A stretch of 63,896 nucleotides of DNA, taken from positions 1 through 63,896 of IMG/VR virus record IMGVR_UViG_3300044516_000384; one strand, given 5' to 3'. This document shows, piece after piece, positions 9,401 through 19,764 of this stretch; position 1 is the stretch's first letter, and each line of letters opens with the position of its first letter. The stretch comes from a virus (lineage: Duplodnaviria > Caudoviricetes). The notes under the pieces are model-generated. The model did no database searches, had not been told where the DNA came from, and saw only the letters and a program-made list of their open reading frames with translations. Both the position numbers and the translations under genes were made by a program.

Positions 9401-12400
9401 GATGCCAATTTTCTCTGTAGCCTGAATACCACCTAATGATTGTGTTTTACGAACTGCATCAACTTTGTATAACCGGAGTCCTGATGTTGTGTCAGCCTCA
9501 GCGTTATTATTAATCAGATCTTCAATAGACATTGGGCGAGCAATAATAATTGACTTTCGCGTAGCCAATTCATTGCGCTCAGTTTCAGAAAGAATATTTA
9601 TAATCTGGTCTTGAGTAATATCCTCAACAACATCGCCCTTTGCTTTCTTGCGTGGTGCATCAGATGCCTCTGTTTTATAGAGGGATACTCGATCATTTAA
9701 GTGGTCACCGTCAATCCATGTTCCAGTAAATGGATCTTTATGAACAGAGGACACAGAATTGTCTGTCAAAGATACCCTGAATGTAGCACCAGATTCATGT
9801 TCAATAATCACGTTATTCTTCTGTGCAAAAGAATCACCGATGATTTTAAACTCCTGCCAATTGTAAAGTGCTCGTCCAATTTCACGAGATTGCAGATCGC
9901 TCAACAATGCAACTGACTGGACTTCACTTAATGCACGTGCACGTACATTGATATCTTCCGACTGTAATCTCTGTAAGAAATCTTTTTGCTGTGATGGCTT
10001 ACTGTACACATGCTTGAACAATAAGTTCATTACATGTCCTGCAGCAACACTTGCAGCTCCCTGATCTAAACGGTTATTGGATGTAATGTCAAATCCTCTA
10101 TTTAAGGATAAGACTGTGTCATTAAACGTATCTTCAAATTCTTGATCTTGACTTACAACTCTTTCGTTTCCAAATTCACCAGCAGATGTTTCACTGATAT
10201 GTAATAACCCACTGCTGAACATAGTGTTCAATATTGGCAATACATTTACTGGTTGTCCATCAACATCAATCTCAAAGTAACTTGAAGCATCTGTAGTCAT
10301 AGGATCTGATTCAAGCATGTCAGCAATAGATTCAAGTGACATACCCTTATTAACACCAGTTGCATCAAAATTATTCATCACATCGTAAATGCGACGATAT
10401 ACACGCTTTGCATACAAGCGAGCTTCAGCATCAGAAGAACCATCAGGTGCAGTTTGAACAACGGTGTCATAGAACGCTTGCATTGCTCTTGCTTCAGGAG
10501 AGTTGCGCCCTACTAAAACTACAGGCGCATCAGTAGACATCCCGCGTACAGAATTTAATGCCTTGTCGTTATGACGATATAGACTAGCCTTTTTGATAAA
10601 GTCAGTTACGTCAATCAATGCATCATTAACAGAACCAATAAACGATTCACCAGCTTCTGTTAAGTATCCAATGTCACTGAAGTAATCCTCAGATTGCTTC
10701 ATGATATTCCACATGGTGTTTTTAAATACACGGCTTCCAGCTGATATACGCGCTCCGTAATCAATACCAGATGCAGCAACAACTCGTTGTTGTTCACTGC
10801 CCATATAAGATCCAAGACGAGTTTGTAAATCTAACTGTGGATCAAATGAGTAATTGCGTTCAAACTTTTTAGATACACCAAGGCCAAGTTCGTTTTCAAG
10901 AACTTGCTGGTCTCGGAATCTAAGGTCACCTCTCATTTGATATTGAGCAAGATTAAACTTGCGATTCATGTTGTAAATTAAGTTACTGAACTTAGCGTCA
11001 TAACCACCAGTGTTGCCCATCATTTTGGCTTGCATCGAGTCATTCAATAATGCTGTTTGACCAAGGATGAATTTACTGTTGGTAGTTTTTGTACGCCACT
11101 TAGGACCATCTGGAGTTGAATCCTTGTACCAAACCGTGACTGGGGATTCTACTACATACGCATAATCATCAGTTACTGCAGTCTGGTATCTAGCACCGCG
11201 TTGATTCATTGCCTCAGATCCAGCAGTTTGATATGCACGTGGCGTAAACCAGCTGTCACCTTCGACAGCTGATTTAACCCACCAGTAAGATTTAGTTTTA
11301 TCTACAGGATCCTGAGTGCGCAGAGCTGGTTCAAATCCTGCAGCCCGAACATCATCAATATTCGTAAACTTCGTTTTTACAATCATTCCAACAACTTGAC
11401 CATTAAAGGTATTTGTTTGTGCGCCAGTTGCTGGGTCATATGTTTTATTAGCCATTGATCCACGCGGTGCAACGAATGATTCAGTATTTCTATCAGCTAA
11501 AATAGCAGCAGCTTGTCCGTCACTAACTGGAAGATATGTTTCACGACTGTCGTATTCAACTTCATATCCATAACCCATATGCGCTGGCTTAGAAGTTGAT
11601 CTGAACGCCGGATCATTCATTCCTCCAACGAGAGTTTCTGGACCAAAGAACATTCCTCCAACTTGCCGATTAAGTTGTGGGGTGACACTAAATCTGACAA
11701 AGTCGTTACGTCTCATGCTAATAAATGGTCTAGTAATTTCTCGTTTTACAAAACCCTTTTTCTTAGATGAAGATGGTCTATTTGTTGTAGTGTAAGAAAC
11801 TACTGGTAACTTACCAACCCATACCGCACGTGGTGCACCATTGATCATCACCAAGTCTGTTGGGTTACTCTTCATTATCTGTCGAGCAAATGCATTCAAT
11901 GGGCCTGACACCTGTTCAAGCACTGACATCATGTCATAGTCAATAGACGCTGCGTCATTATCGGAGATAACAAAATCATTACGTAACGCCATGTTCAACA
12001 AGCCAGTAACACCCATCTCGTGTCCAGCTGTGTGCCATCGCTCAGAGTAGTTAACTAAACGCGGGTCAGTTTTCCATGCATCTTGTAATGTTGTAAACTT
12101 ACCGGACTCAACAGCTTTGCGTACAGCAATTAACTGTGCTCGCATGACTGCATATGGATTGTCATCCGATGTGAAGGAAGCCTTATTTAATGGCTCAATA
12201 ATTGTTCCTTCCATATTGTCAGGGAACAATGTCTCCATAAACTTAGCTTGCAGTTGAGGATCTAGACTGTCAATTAAAACGTGTCCAATTTCGTGTGCAA
12301 GAGTAAATGCGCTCCTGTACCCATTTGATGAACCTTTACCAATTGCAACAAGGTTCATAACGGCTTCATCTCTACGAATCTTAGTCATAAACCCGTAAAG

Positions 12401-15400
12401 CTTTTCACCACCAACTACATCAGCAATTTTTGTTCCACTTGTAGCAAGCCATGCCCAGTCAGTGAAGTGAGTTTGTGCAATATTCTGATAGTAATCTTTT
12501 TTGTGACGTGCTGTCGCATAAACCATTGCGTAACGAACTTGTTTATCTGTCAGGGTTCCATCAGCCTTCATTCTAGTAAAAGCTTCACTTAGTGACATAC
12601 GTCTTGCAACATTCATGAACTCATCTGCAATAACATCACTACCAGTAATACGCCTTACGATATCCGCGTATCCTTTGATAACTCCCTCAGACGCCTTAGT
12701 CATTTCACGATTGATGGCTCGCGTTGCATGTCCATATGCAAACATGTCATACATGTCCGCCAATCCAGCAGCTAACTGTCTTGCAGCCTGTACATCACGA
12801 TCAAGACGAATAGCGACTTCTGTATCACCTACAACTGATCCACGTGCACGTTCGTTATACATTTCAGTGATACGCTCAAGAACCTTTATGTCTTCTTGAC
12901 GCATTCCAGACTTATCTATCTTGTCGTATGAGTCAGCCATAAATTTTGCGACTCGAACATCAACTTTACTCATGTCTACAGGAACAATAAATAAGGATGA
13001 CCCACCATATCTACTGTCTACAGAACCACTAGTCAATGGTCTATGAGGCTCGTTGTTTACTACATTTTTAAACTGAATAGCATCACTGCGAGTGCCATCA
13101 GATAATATTGCATGTCCAATACCGATGCGATATGCGTGATTATCACTAACTTTTGTAAAGTCTATATCAGATGTGCCAGCACGTGGGACCAAAACCTTTA
13201 AAACATCTGTAGGCTTTAATCCAATTTCACTACCAAACGCTTTCATGTGTTCTATTAAATCGGCAACGGTATTAATGCCGTCACGTCGCATTGCATCATT
13301 GATAAATTTTCTGGATGCAGAAATCCTGTCGCTCATCGATCTTTCTGATGGCAGTAAACGAGCTGTTTTACTTACCCAGTTATTTACAATAATGCCTTTT
13401 ACTGCATCTGTTAATGTAATTTGTGATGGGTCATTACTCATCTTTAAGACATTCAAGACTTCTAAGCCATTAACTGAACTCTTAATTACTGACCCTTGAC
13501 TATCTACATTTGAGTCGCCGAGAATTTCAATAAATTCCTGACCTCTACCACTAAATGAATTTCGTAGAATGCCTTCAAAAATACTTTGAACACCTGCTCT
13601 GTTGTGTCCAACAAACGTTTGCACTGATGCTTTACCCGGAGCATTATTGTCCGCTGAATGCATCTTCTCACTTTGCTCCATCTCAAATGCGTCTTGAATA
13701 ATTAATGGAGCATCCGACACAAAGTCAAGCAGGTCTTGTTCTACATCTACTGGTTTAAGTTGTTCTGCATCTTGCTCAGTTACGTCAATAACACGTACAG
13801 GCGACTCCGCATTTTCAGCTTCAATTTCACCAAGAGTAGTAGCAACTTCTGGTCGCAGTTCTGCAGCATCAGCACGTAAACCCTGTAGTGTTATGCGTCC
13901 TGATTCATCTACCTTGATAGGAGTTGTCAGGAACTCAGCAGCTTCAGCTACGCGAGCACGACGTGCCTGTGCTGAACTTTCAGCTACTGCTGCTTGTGTT
14001 GCAGCCTGTACTGGTATTGTTTTCCACTGTTGTTTAAATACAGCGTTAGTCTTATATAACTCAGTTATGCCAGCTGACAGTTCATTCTGTAAATAGTCAT
14101 ATATACCCTTGTCTGTCATAAATACAGACTCAAGCATGCCCGGCATATCAAAGTCACTTAGTAATTTAAAGACGTTATTTATATCGGTATTGAATTGGCT
14201 AACAAAAGAGGCCTCCTCTTTATCTCTGTCAATAACACCTTCAGTAAAGAAACCAGCTTCAAATAATGCTTGTAGTTTTCTTAACTTAGCTGCCTCATCA
14301 AGTTTCCCAGATGCTTCAGCTTCTCTTATGCGCTGAGGAAGAATGTTGTCTACATATTCTTTAGTGTCAGCTTCAGCAGCGCCATAATCAAAAGTACTAG
14401 TATCAATGTTATCTAAAACATTTTGCTCATTGTCTCCAAGTACACCAAGGATACTAGTATTTACTGATCGAGTTTGCTTTCCCCTGACCTCTACTGTCTT
14501 AAGATTGCCTGATGGTGTATAGAATCCTACTGCATCATTGTAAGATTGAAGTGCATCGTTAACTGCAAGTTCTATAGCGGTTCTAAATTTGTTAACTAAT
14601 GGTAATTTACCGATAGGTGTAACATATCCATCAGCATCTTCAGACACAGTATCCAATGCATTGATCAAATTCCGTACAGTCTTGACTAGGCCTATACGAG
14701 AACTAGCGAATTCATCAAATGCTTCTTTCCGGATGTCAGAGATTTTTGCGCCAGCAATACGCTCAGCATCAGTATCCTCATTATCTTTTGCGCGAGCATA
14801 CTCAAGCTTGGCTTCAATCATGTCAGGCCTCTTACTGACATAACTTAAGAATGCTTCTTGTTGACCTATAAACTCTTGTCTTATCTGCCTAATTGCTGTG
14901 TGTATAGCTTCAATGTTTTTACGACGTAAACCTTTACTTAATTCACGAGCGTCAACACCCATAGCGTCGGCAAGCAATTGCATTGACCTTGTCGTGACGT
15001 GATCATCAAGTTCTTTTTCAATTGATTTCGCTTCACCATTAGTTTCAGTGATTGGTGTTGTTTTACCAGTAGCATCTGTAACAGCTTCGTAATTAGTTTT
15101 TTGTGCTGGATTTAATTCATCAACCTGTTTAAGTAAATCCTGTAAAGATTCTACGTAACGCTTTTTCGTCACTGGGTCAACATCTGAATTATTGATTGTA
15201 TTAATAACCATCTGCCTATTGTTGTCAGATGAAGAAATCATATTTAAGAATGCAAGTGTATTTGTGCCATCCGGCGTTCCATCTTCTTGGAATGCCATAA
15301 ACCTACCATCGCGCAGCTTAGCATTTGTCTCTGTGCGTAAGATGTTTAACTGCAAGCCGTTGGCTATATAACCAGCTGCTTTACGTGCAAAGTCTATAGA

Positions 15401-18400
15401 CGCTTCAGGATTTAATGAGTTAAGTCTAATCGTAGCTCGTTGGTCAACAGTATTTGCTTGATAGTAGAAGAACTCTAATCCGAGTGCGTGTAATTCTTCC
15501 AATGCCTTATCGCCAAACGCTAGGACATAATCCTTTGCGTCACGCTTTGCTTTGTTATAAGAGGCTTCATTCTTCCAGAAATCTGCTAGTGAGTCAGGTA
15601 AGTTGCTATCTTTAATAGATTGCCGTATCGCTTCATCACGCGCTGCATATATAGCTCTACCTAAACTAACTTGGGCCTCAACACGTAGTCCAGCAATAGA
15701 ATCAATGTGCCACTGTGTACTCATGTGATAGAAGGCTTGACCAGCGACAGATCGCATCAACTTACTTAGAGCAGTGACCTTAGCCAGAGATAAATCATTT
15801 ACCTCATCTTCTGTTAACCGCAACGCTTTAACAGCAGATCTAAATAATGCAGCATCTGTCTTTGATTGACTTGGCCGACCAAGTAGCAGGTTGATCTGAT
15901 GAGCGACTTGGAATACGCGAGGTCTAGCTGTACGACTATATGATGATGGGATCTTAGCGTTTGCAGATGCAAATGCCTCAGACATTACACCTAATGAATC
16001 AAGATGTTGATGTACTTGGTTAAGAGTTACCTCAAACCCATCACCTGAGAACATACGAGCAATACGACTAATGGCGCCATAATCAACATCGCTGTTTGGT
16101 CGAGTAACAGAATCTAATGCGTTGTACAACGCACCCATAGTGTCAATGATGCCATGCTCTAACGAGAATGATATTAAAGCTTCTTGTATCTGAGCAACTG
16201 GGGCAGTGCCATTAAGTAAGACATCAAGTAAAACATCGTTAATTGTGTCAGGTGTTGCAGCCTTAATTTTTTCCCAAGCTTTTTGAGTGTCACGCCATCT
16301 CGTGTATGCTGCTGCATTTTCTTCATCAGTTAACGTTCTCTTCAATGGACGCAGTTGAGGTGTGCCTTCGCTTGGAGTAAACCCTGCAGCGCGTTCCCCT
16401 AATTTATAATCATCGCGAGCCGAATCCAAGACTACATCATTAGCACTAAGTGTATAAGACATGCCCTCTGGGTTGTCTAATGCTTTGACGGTAACCATTC
16501 CGTCTTTACTGTCAATTACGATAGCTTCTTTTTCAGGGTTAATGTTGTCGCCAATACGAGCAAGCACAACGTCACCAACGCGAGCTTTAGTATCATAAAT
16601 TAAATCACCGTTTGCAACTCGCCCAACAAATCCGGATTCAGCAGTAGTGTCTGCTAAATAATCGGATACTACTTGAGCAATTGCTAATTCTTTAGACTCG
16701 TCAGACATTTCTGATCTGGCTATATCGCCTAATCTATTAATCTGTTCAGCATTCAAAACAACGCGACTAACCGTACCTAGGTGCTGCAAAGGCATATCTA
16801 TATAGTTGACATCGCCACTTACAACATTGGACACTTGCTCAACCATAGACAACTTAGATGCGTAATCACCAGACAGTAGCTCTTGTTCTGTAAGCGGCTT
16901 GTATGTTGTTTGGTCACCTCCACGAGGTATACCCTGCATGATTATGGATCCATCTGGTAATTGATAAATACCAGTAGGGTTGACCATTCCCTCAATAGAG
17001 AGAAGTCTGCCAACAGTTGTCTGCTCTTCTCCAGTAACAGCATTCTTGCCTAAGTTAATGTCAGTTGGAAATGCATCTCTATCACCAGACTTAGGAAATG
17101 ATCTATCAGCAACTTCAGTTTCTGTACCTAAGCCAAGTTGCTCAACAGACTGCTTAACAGTTTGCTTGATATCAGTGTCACCACGTGGATTATCAGCAAC
17201 AAACTCCTTGTAGGACAGCGTCCTGATCACATCTCCATTAGCAGTGCGAGTGCGAACTACTACGCCACCACGGTTAGTAACACCAGTAACTATAGAAATA
17301 CCTAAAGGAGATCTATAAGAAAGAGCATTAGGCTCAACATTCATTTCATCAACAGCAAACTTCGTTAACTGTTCTGTGCGACCAGTGCCACGTAACCGTG
17401 TAACGTCTTTTGCGTCAATGATTTGTACATCTGCAAAGTCAGCTAACTCTGTGCGGACAACATCTGTAAATGTTTTGTTGTAAACAAGGTATTCTTGTTT
17501 GCCACCTTCTTCAGCTGGTAATTTGACAGCATAGAAATCCTTACCGCCAATCTTAGATGCATCAATAGGCTCAACTACTTTCTCCGTAGGAGGAATATCA
17601 GCACCTAACGATATGCGCATCTGTGGCTCAATTTCTTTTGCCAATGCGTTAATCTGATTCTTCTTTCCAACAGCCGTAGTTGGATAAAGTGATTCATTAT
17701 TCTGTAAAGTTAGAAGAGGATTGTCAGGTCCTACGGGTTGATTATCGCCCTTAGTTCGTGCCAACTGTAACAATGTGTCAACTGCTTCTTGCTGTACGTT
17801 TCTGCCAGACATCATTTCTGCAAAAATAGCAGATGGACTATTCCAAGCGGTCCCCGGTGTCTGTCGATCAGCAGCAAATTGTTGACCCGCCATCTTACGC
17901 AGTTGACTCACGATACGTTTAAGGTCACCGACATTTGCGTCCTGACCACCAAAATTACTCTTGAATCGTTCGTTAGCCATTTGGATAAATGTGTCGCCAT
18001 TCTCCACAATGTTCTTTGCTTCAAGCACAGAGTAACTTTTTGCGTTAGAGCCAGCATAAATATCTTTTCCGCCTATTTCAGAACGGAACAATCCCGACAA
18101 CTTACCAGCTGGACGCATTGCACCGAATGCCATGATTAATGAGCGTACATAATCCTCATTCTTCGGTGCTTCAACCTTGTCGTTATACTTAGACGAGATC
18201 GCCTGAGCTACAGGGTGAAGTAGGTTAGTTACACCAAAGGTTAAGTCTGGAACAACTTCGTTAGATAACTGCATATATTCAGCAGCTGTCTTACTACCTA
18301 AGTCTCGCAATGGATTGACACCAGTAGTCTTGATAGACTTATTGGCTTCCTTGACCATCTTATATAACTGACGTGCATCTTTATAAACACGTCCTGTTTG

Positions 18401-19756
18401 GCCACTAAACATAGCCATGCTAACACCAAGTTCACCCCACGCTAATGATGGATCATTTGCTTGGATAGCAGAACGTGCTGCCTTTTCTTCTTCTGGTTGC
18501 AATGATTCTAGGTATGAGTTAATTGGGTCACCAGCAATAGCAAGCGCTTTACCAGCTGTAGTTTCAGGGCCAACTAATGTACTACCAACACCAAGTGCAG
18601 TTGGGGTCAACATACCTGCAGTACGTGCTACATTTAATGTTCCAACCTGCGTTGCAAACGGAGTAGCTAATTTAACTGCAGCCTGTCCATACAGTTGCAT
18701 CACAGGGATTGTTGCAGCCAAGGACACAGCTTGCATTGCCATGCGCTCACCGTAGAATCTACCTACTTGATATGTCTTGTCATTGACATCACCAAACTTC
18801 CGCATATAGGCTTCTTCGTAGTCTTTGTCTTTAACCCCAAACATACGATTGCCAATTTGTGGAGCACCCATTGTAAATTGCTGGGCACCTTGTTCAGCAC
18901 CTGCTCCCAAAGCAAGATTAAAATCTGGTTCTAACTGACTACTAATATCTTCCCATGGTTTAAATTCACCTCGTAATCGTTTTTGTTCTACATCAGCGAC
19001 ACGACGTTGTTCAGCTTCATATGCAGAAGCTAACGGTGAATATTCATCTTCCTCAGAAGAACCAACTCCTCGTGTTTCACGTGGCCTAAGAGATGAACCT
19101 AAACCACTGCCAACTCCAATAAATCCAGAAAGAGTTCCCTCTGTCAATATCTTGCCGGTTTGATCTGGTGCGTTTTTTAATTTAGCTATACCACCAGCCA
19201 AGCCAGCTTTTTCTTCAGCTGATGCTGCTTCGACATCCTCTACTGATTCTTCAGCACCACGATACTGGCCACCCATCATCAGTTTTGATGCAGGAACCAT
19301 TTGTCCTGTGCCAATATCTTCTACTTTAGTAGTTGGTACTTTACTTACAACGTCTTTATACTTTGCGCTTAACTGATCATATTCTGACGGTTTAATATAA
19401 CCATTCCGGTATGCATATGTAAGGTTGTTTAATGTTTCTCGTCCAACAACATCAAAGCTACCTTCATCAAGTTTTTTCTTAAGTGGCTCAATAAACTTAG
19501 ATCTTACGTCTCTTGCTTTAGCGTTTTCTTCAGCTATTTGTGAATCAATATCTTTAAGGACAGCCGTGTAACTAGGTCCAGATAAATTACGTCTACCTAA
19601 TGGTTGACCAGCTTGTACAGCATCTGTCAATTTCTTACGTCTACGTAATAACTCGTCGCGTTTTGTTCTTCCTGCTTTTTCACTTGCAGGTTTTCCAACT
19701 GGCACATTTTCGTAACGGTTAGTACGTGGGTTATAACGTAAGATAGATCCTTGCAT
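6464..19756 (-). CDS. Giant 4430-aa internal virion/ejection polyvalent protein with zincin HExxH motif
   Basis: Last gene of the ejection-protein block; AHEIGH at about 12281-12298 with a later GHEMG; SH3/KOW-like segment VGDVVLARIGD. Confidence 0.65.
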   Translation of the reverse strand: MQGSILRYNPRTNRYENVPVGKPASEKAGRTKRDELLRRRKKLTDAVQAGQPLGRRNLSGPSYTAVLKDIDSQIAEENAKARDVRSKFIEPLKKKLDEGSFDVVGRETLNNLTYAYRNGYIKPSEYDQLSAKYKDVVSKVPTTKVEDIGTGQMVPASKLMMGGQYRGAEESVEDVEAASAEEKAGLAGGIAKLKNAPDQTGKILTEGTLSGFIGVGSGLGSSLRPRETRGVGSSEEDEYSPLASAYEAEQRRVADVEQKRLRGEFKPWEDISSQLEPDFNLALGAGAEQGAQQFTMGAPQIGNRMFGVKDKDYEEAYMRKFGDVNDKTYQVGRFYGERMAMQAVSLAATIPVMQLYGQAAVKLATPFATQVGTLNVARTAGMLTPTALGVGSTLVGPETTAGKALAIAGDPINSYLESLQPEEEKAARSAIQANDPSLAWGELGVSMAMFSGQTGRVYKDARQLYKMVKEANKSIKTTGVNPLRDLGSKTAAEYMQLSNEVVPDLTFGVTNLLHPVAQAISSKYNDKVEAPKNEDYVRSLIMAFGAMRPAGKLSGLFRSEIGGKDIYAGSNAKSYSVLEAKNIVENGDTFIQMANERFKSNFGGQDANVGDLKRIVSQLRKMAGQQFAADRQTPGTAWNSPSAIFAEMMSGRNVQQEAVDTLLQLARTKGDNQPVGPDNPLLTLQNNESLYPTTAVGKKNQINALAKEIEPQMRISLGADIPPTEKVVEPIDASKIGGKDFYAVKLPAEEGGKQEYLVYNKTFTDVVRTELADFADVQIIDAKDVTRLRGTGRTEQLTKFAVDEMNVEPNALSYRSPLGISIVTGVTNRGGVVVRTRTANGDVIRTLSYKEFVADNPRGDTDIKQTVKQSVEQLGLGTETEVADRSFPKSGDRDAFPTDINLGKNAVTGEEQTTVGRLLSIEGMVNPTGIYQLPDGSIIMQGIPRGGDQTTYKPLTEQELLSGDYASKLSMVEQVSNVVSGDVNYIDMPLQHLGTVSRVVLNAEQINRLGDIARSEMSDESKELAIAQVVSDYLADTTAESGFVGRVANGDLIYDTKARVGDVVLARIGDNINPEKEAIVIDSKDGMVTVKALDNPEGMSYTLSANDVVLDSARDDYKLGERAAGFTPSEGTPQLRPLKRTLTDEENAAAYTRWRDTQKAWEKIKAATPDTINDVLLDVLLNGTAPVAQIQEALISFSLEHGIIDTMGALYNALDSVTRPNSDVDYGAISRIARMFSGDGFEVTLNQVHQHLDSLGVMSEAFASANAKIPSSYSRTARPRVFQVAHQINLLLGRPSQSKTDAALFRSAVKALRLTEDEVNDLSLAKVTALSKLMRSVAGQAFYHMSTQWHIDSIAGLRVEAQVSLGRAIYAARDEAIRQSIKDSNLPDSLADFWKNEASYNKAKRDAKDYVLAFGDKALEELHALGLEFFYYQANTVDQRATIRLNSLNPEASIDFARKAAGYIANGLQLNILRTETNAKLRDGRFMAFQEDGTPDGTNTLAFLNMISSSDNNRQMVINTINNSDVDPVTKKRYVESLQDLLKQVDELNPAQKTNYEAVTDATGKTTPITETNGEAKSIEKELDDHVTTRSMQLLADAMGVDARELSKGLRRKNIEAIHTAIRQIRQEFIGQQEAFLSYVSKRPDMIEAKLEYARAKDNEDTDAERIAGAKISDIRKEAFDEFASSRIGLVKTVRNLINALDTVSEDADGYVTPIGKLPLVNKFRTAIELAVNDALQSYNDAVGFYTPSGNLKTVEVRGKQTRSVNTSILGVLGDNEQNVLDNIDTSTFDYGAAEADTKEYVDNILPQRIREAEASGKLDEAAKLRKLQALFEAGFFTEGVIDRDKEEASFVSQFNTDINNVFKLLSDFDMPGMLESVFMTDKGIYDYLQNELSAGITELYKTNAVFKQQWKTIPVQAATQAAVAESSAQARRARVAEAAEFLTTPIKVDESGRITLQGLRADAAELRPEVATTLGEIEAENAESPVRVIDVTEQDAEQLKPVDVEQDLLDFVSDAPLIIQDAFEMEQSEKMHSADNNAPGKASVQTFVGHNRAGVQSIFEGILRNSFSGRGQEFIEILGDSNVDSQGSVIKSSVNGLEVLNVLKMSNDPSQITLTDAVKGIIVNNWVSKTARLLPSERSMSDRISASRKFINDAMRRDGINTVADLIEHMKAFGSEIGLKPTDVLKVLVPRAGTSDIDFTKVSDNHAYRIGIGHAILSDGTRSDAIQFKNVVNNEPHRPLTSGSVDSRYGGSSLFIVPVDMSKVDVRVAKFMADSYDKIDKSGMRQEDIKVLERITEMYNERARGSVVGDTEVAIRLDRDVQAARQLAAGLADMYDMFAYGHATRAINREMTKASEGVIKGYADIVRRITGSDVIADEFMNVARRMSLSEAFTRMKADGTLTDKQVRYAMVYATARHKKDYYQNIAQTHFTDWAWLATSGTKIADVVGGEKLYGFMTKIRRDEAVMNLVAIGKGSSNGYRSAFTLAHEIGHVLIDSLDPQLQAKFMETLFPDNMEGTIIEPLNKASFTSDDNPYAVMRAQLIAVRKAVESGKFTTLQDAWKTDPRLVNYSERWHTAGHEMGVTGLLNMALRNDFVISDNDAASIDYDMMSVLEQVSGPLNAFARQIMKSNPTDLVMINGAPRAVWVGKLPVVSYTTTNRPSSSKKKGFVKREITRPFISMRRNDFVRFSVTPQLNRQVGGMFFGPETLVGGMNDPAFRSTSKPAHMGYGYEVEYDSRETYLPVSDGQAAAILADRNTESFVAPRGSMANKTYDPATGAQTNTFNGQVVGMIVKTKFTNIDDVRAAGFEPALRTQDPVDKTKSYWWVKSAVEGDSWFTPRAYQTAGSEAMNQRGARYQTAVTDDYAYVVESPVTVWYKDSTPDGPKWRTKTTNSKFILGQTALLNDSMQAKMMGNTGGYDAKFSNLIYNMNRKFNLAQYQMRGDLRFRDQQVLENELGLGVSKKFERNYSFDPQLDLQTRLGSYMGSEQQRVVAASGIDYGARISAGSRVFKNTMWNIMKQSEDYFSDIGYLTEAGESFIGSVNDALIDVTDFIKKASLYRHNDKALNSVRGMSTDAPVVLVGRNSPEARAMQAFYDTVVQTAPDGSSDAEARLYAKRVYRRIYDVMNNFDATGVNKGMSLESIADMLESDPMTTDASSYFEIDVDGQPVNVLPILNTMFSSGLLHISETSAGEFGNERVVSQDQEFEDTFNDTVLSLNRGFDITSNNRLDQGAASVAAGHVMNLLFKHVYSKPSQQKDFLQRLQSEDINVRARALSEVQSVALLSDLQSREIGRALYNWQEFKIIGDSFAQKNNVIIEHESGATFRVSLTDNSVSSVHKDPFTGTWIDGDHLNDRVSLYKTEASDAPRKKAKGDVVEDITQDQIINILSETERNELATRKSIIIARPMSIEDLINNNAEADTTSGLRLYKVDAVRKTQSLGGIQATEKIGISSETGMSFTATELANPYKSVYEDGSNNQDIASQNPRLLIDTVFKNNILNDKQREAVGNKKIVPMQVHVAKLLTSQELLRGLKEGTSLESWMENSKKLTTVREAFFEAENGSVYKEVSSAVVKSDEGSTWMSSGYDMADVEDIMPDQYKHAMDPGFEIPEKFADDPGVVQAYRELQATRFIKEATTVPAEPKNLVIHNDDTINGVHSSSQVKGDTLYISIPTRVFEETASALFSTSSSPTPGGPTTTPSVVKLAPGQMSKMPWYKTKKGRAVSSVLSGIWVELTSIAKAAVLNYDFGRTFIQNYALTSMNPKNAMMQFYGLTAILPNLPFGSSPTTGKGGFGKLVGAISGHRKLGAYGDKMYHRIVQGLFSKYGTPGNEIRLGILPFGPKTEVFGLGNPGSGRAYTIDDLTKAGLVTDYGQWFAEATKLALMNGTDVYDYAIQNTTSESLGSGVLAKLLPAANAIERGNSLSTDILRIKSWLEYAAQVDSNILLSQYQKMKMKQDHATHINAISGAPAGSDPALKPVVKNILDFGRTVMSAPQWHKSQAMQTLLPAFISMGLKATANNVIMGFNKHADPLGIGDGWVDNYAERRFFSRGKESWIQTARVFANMVMQTAILGMVSNILSQYIDNKRFLAQNKTPTDWNDFATIFGYNHKKFQGVAVGPKLFDNLNPMKEGFGKLRLFNSVLYDLPQSATFFNRTLVEPFQRASKATSTDEALRTYFESVAQTTFFSKLTSLAGYAKTAATGKTFTGAPALQQSKGYDVMREGRIKIPFSPMTIMDPVYRAALGENASELSLSLTNVQYQSFMNDIAIYDAITKGTGDNELSDTLKWSMYLRLFGVNSRFNNYALKDQIDELRLNGLFYDLKEASQYPNAPEIASKYGMRGVVSGIPDSAPQDQARMMYQLPSEKTKSLSKLDKKKFAEAVTKSPDLKIPLKPILPSDEKQGPSIMEQALQEEEERMQRKNLERGRNRYDY

Positions 19757-19764
19757 GTATGTAC

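Noticed and set aside
6464-19756. Giant protein as a virion RNA polymerase, DarB-like helicase/methylase or tape measure
   Set aside because: No catalytic motifs of those families were recognised and the gene context is podoviral. Only structure prediction could fully exclude these.
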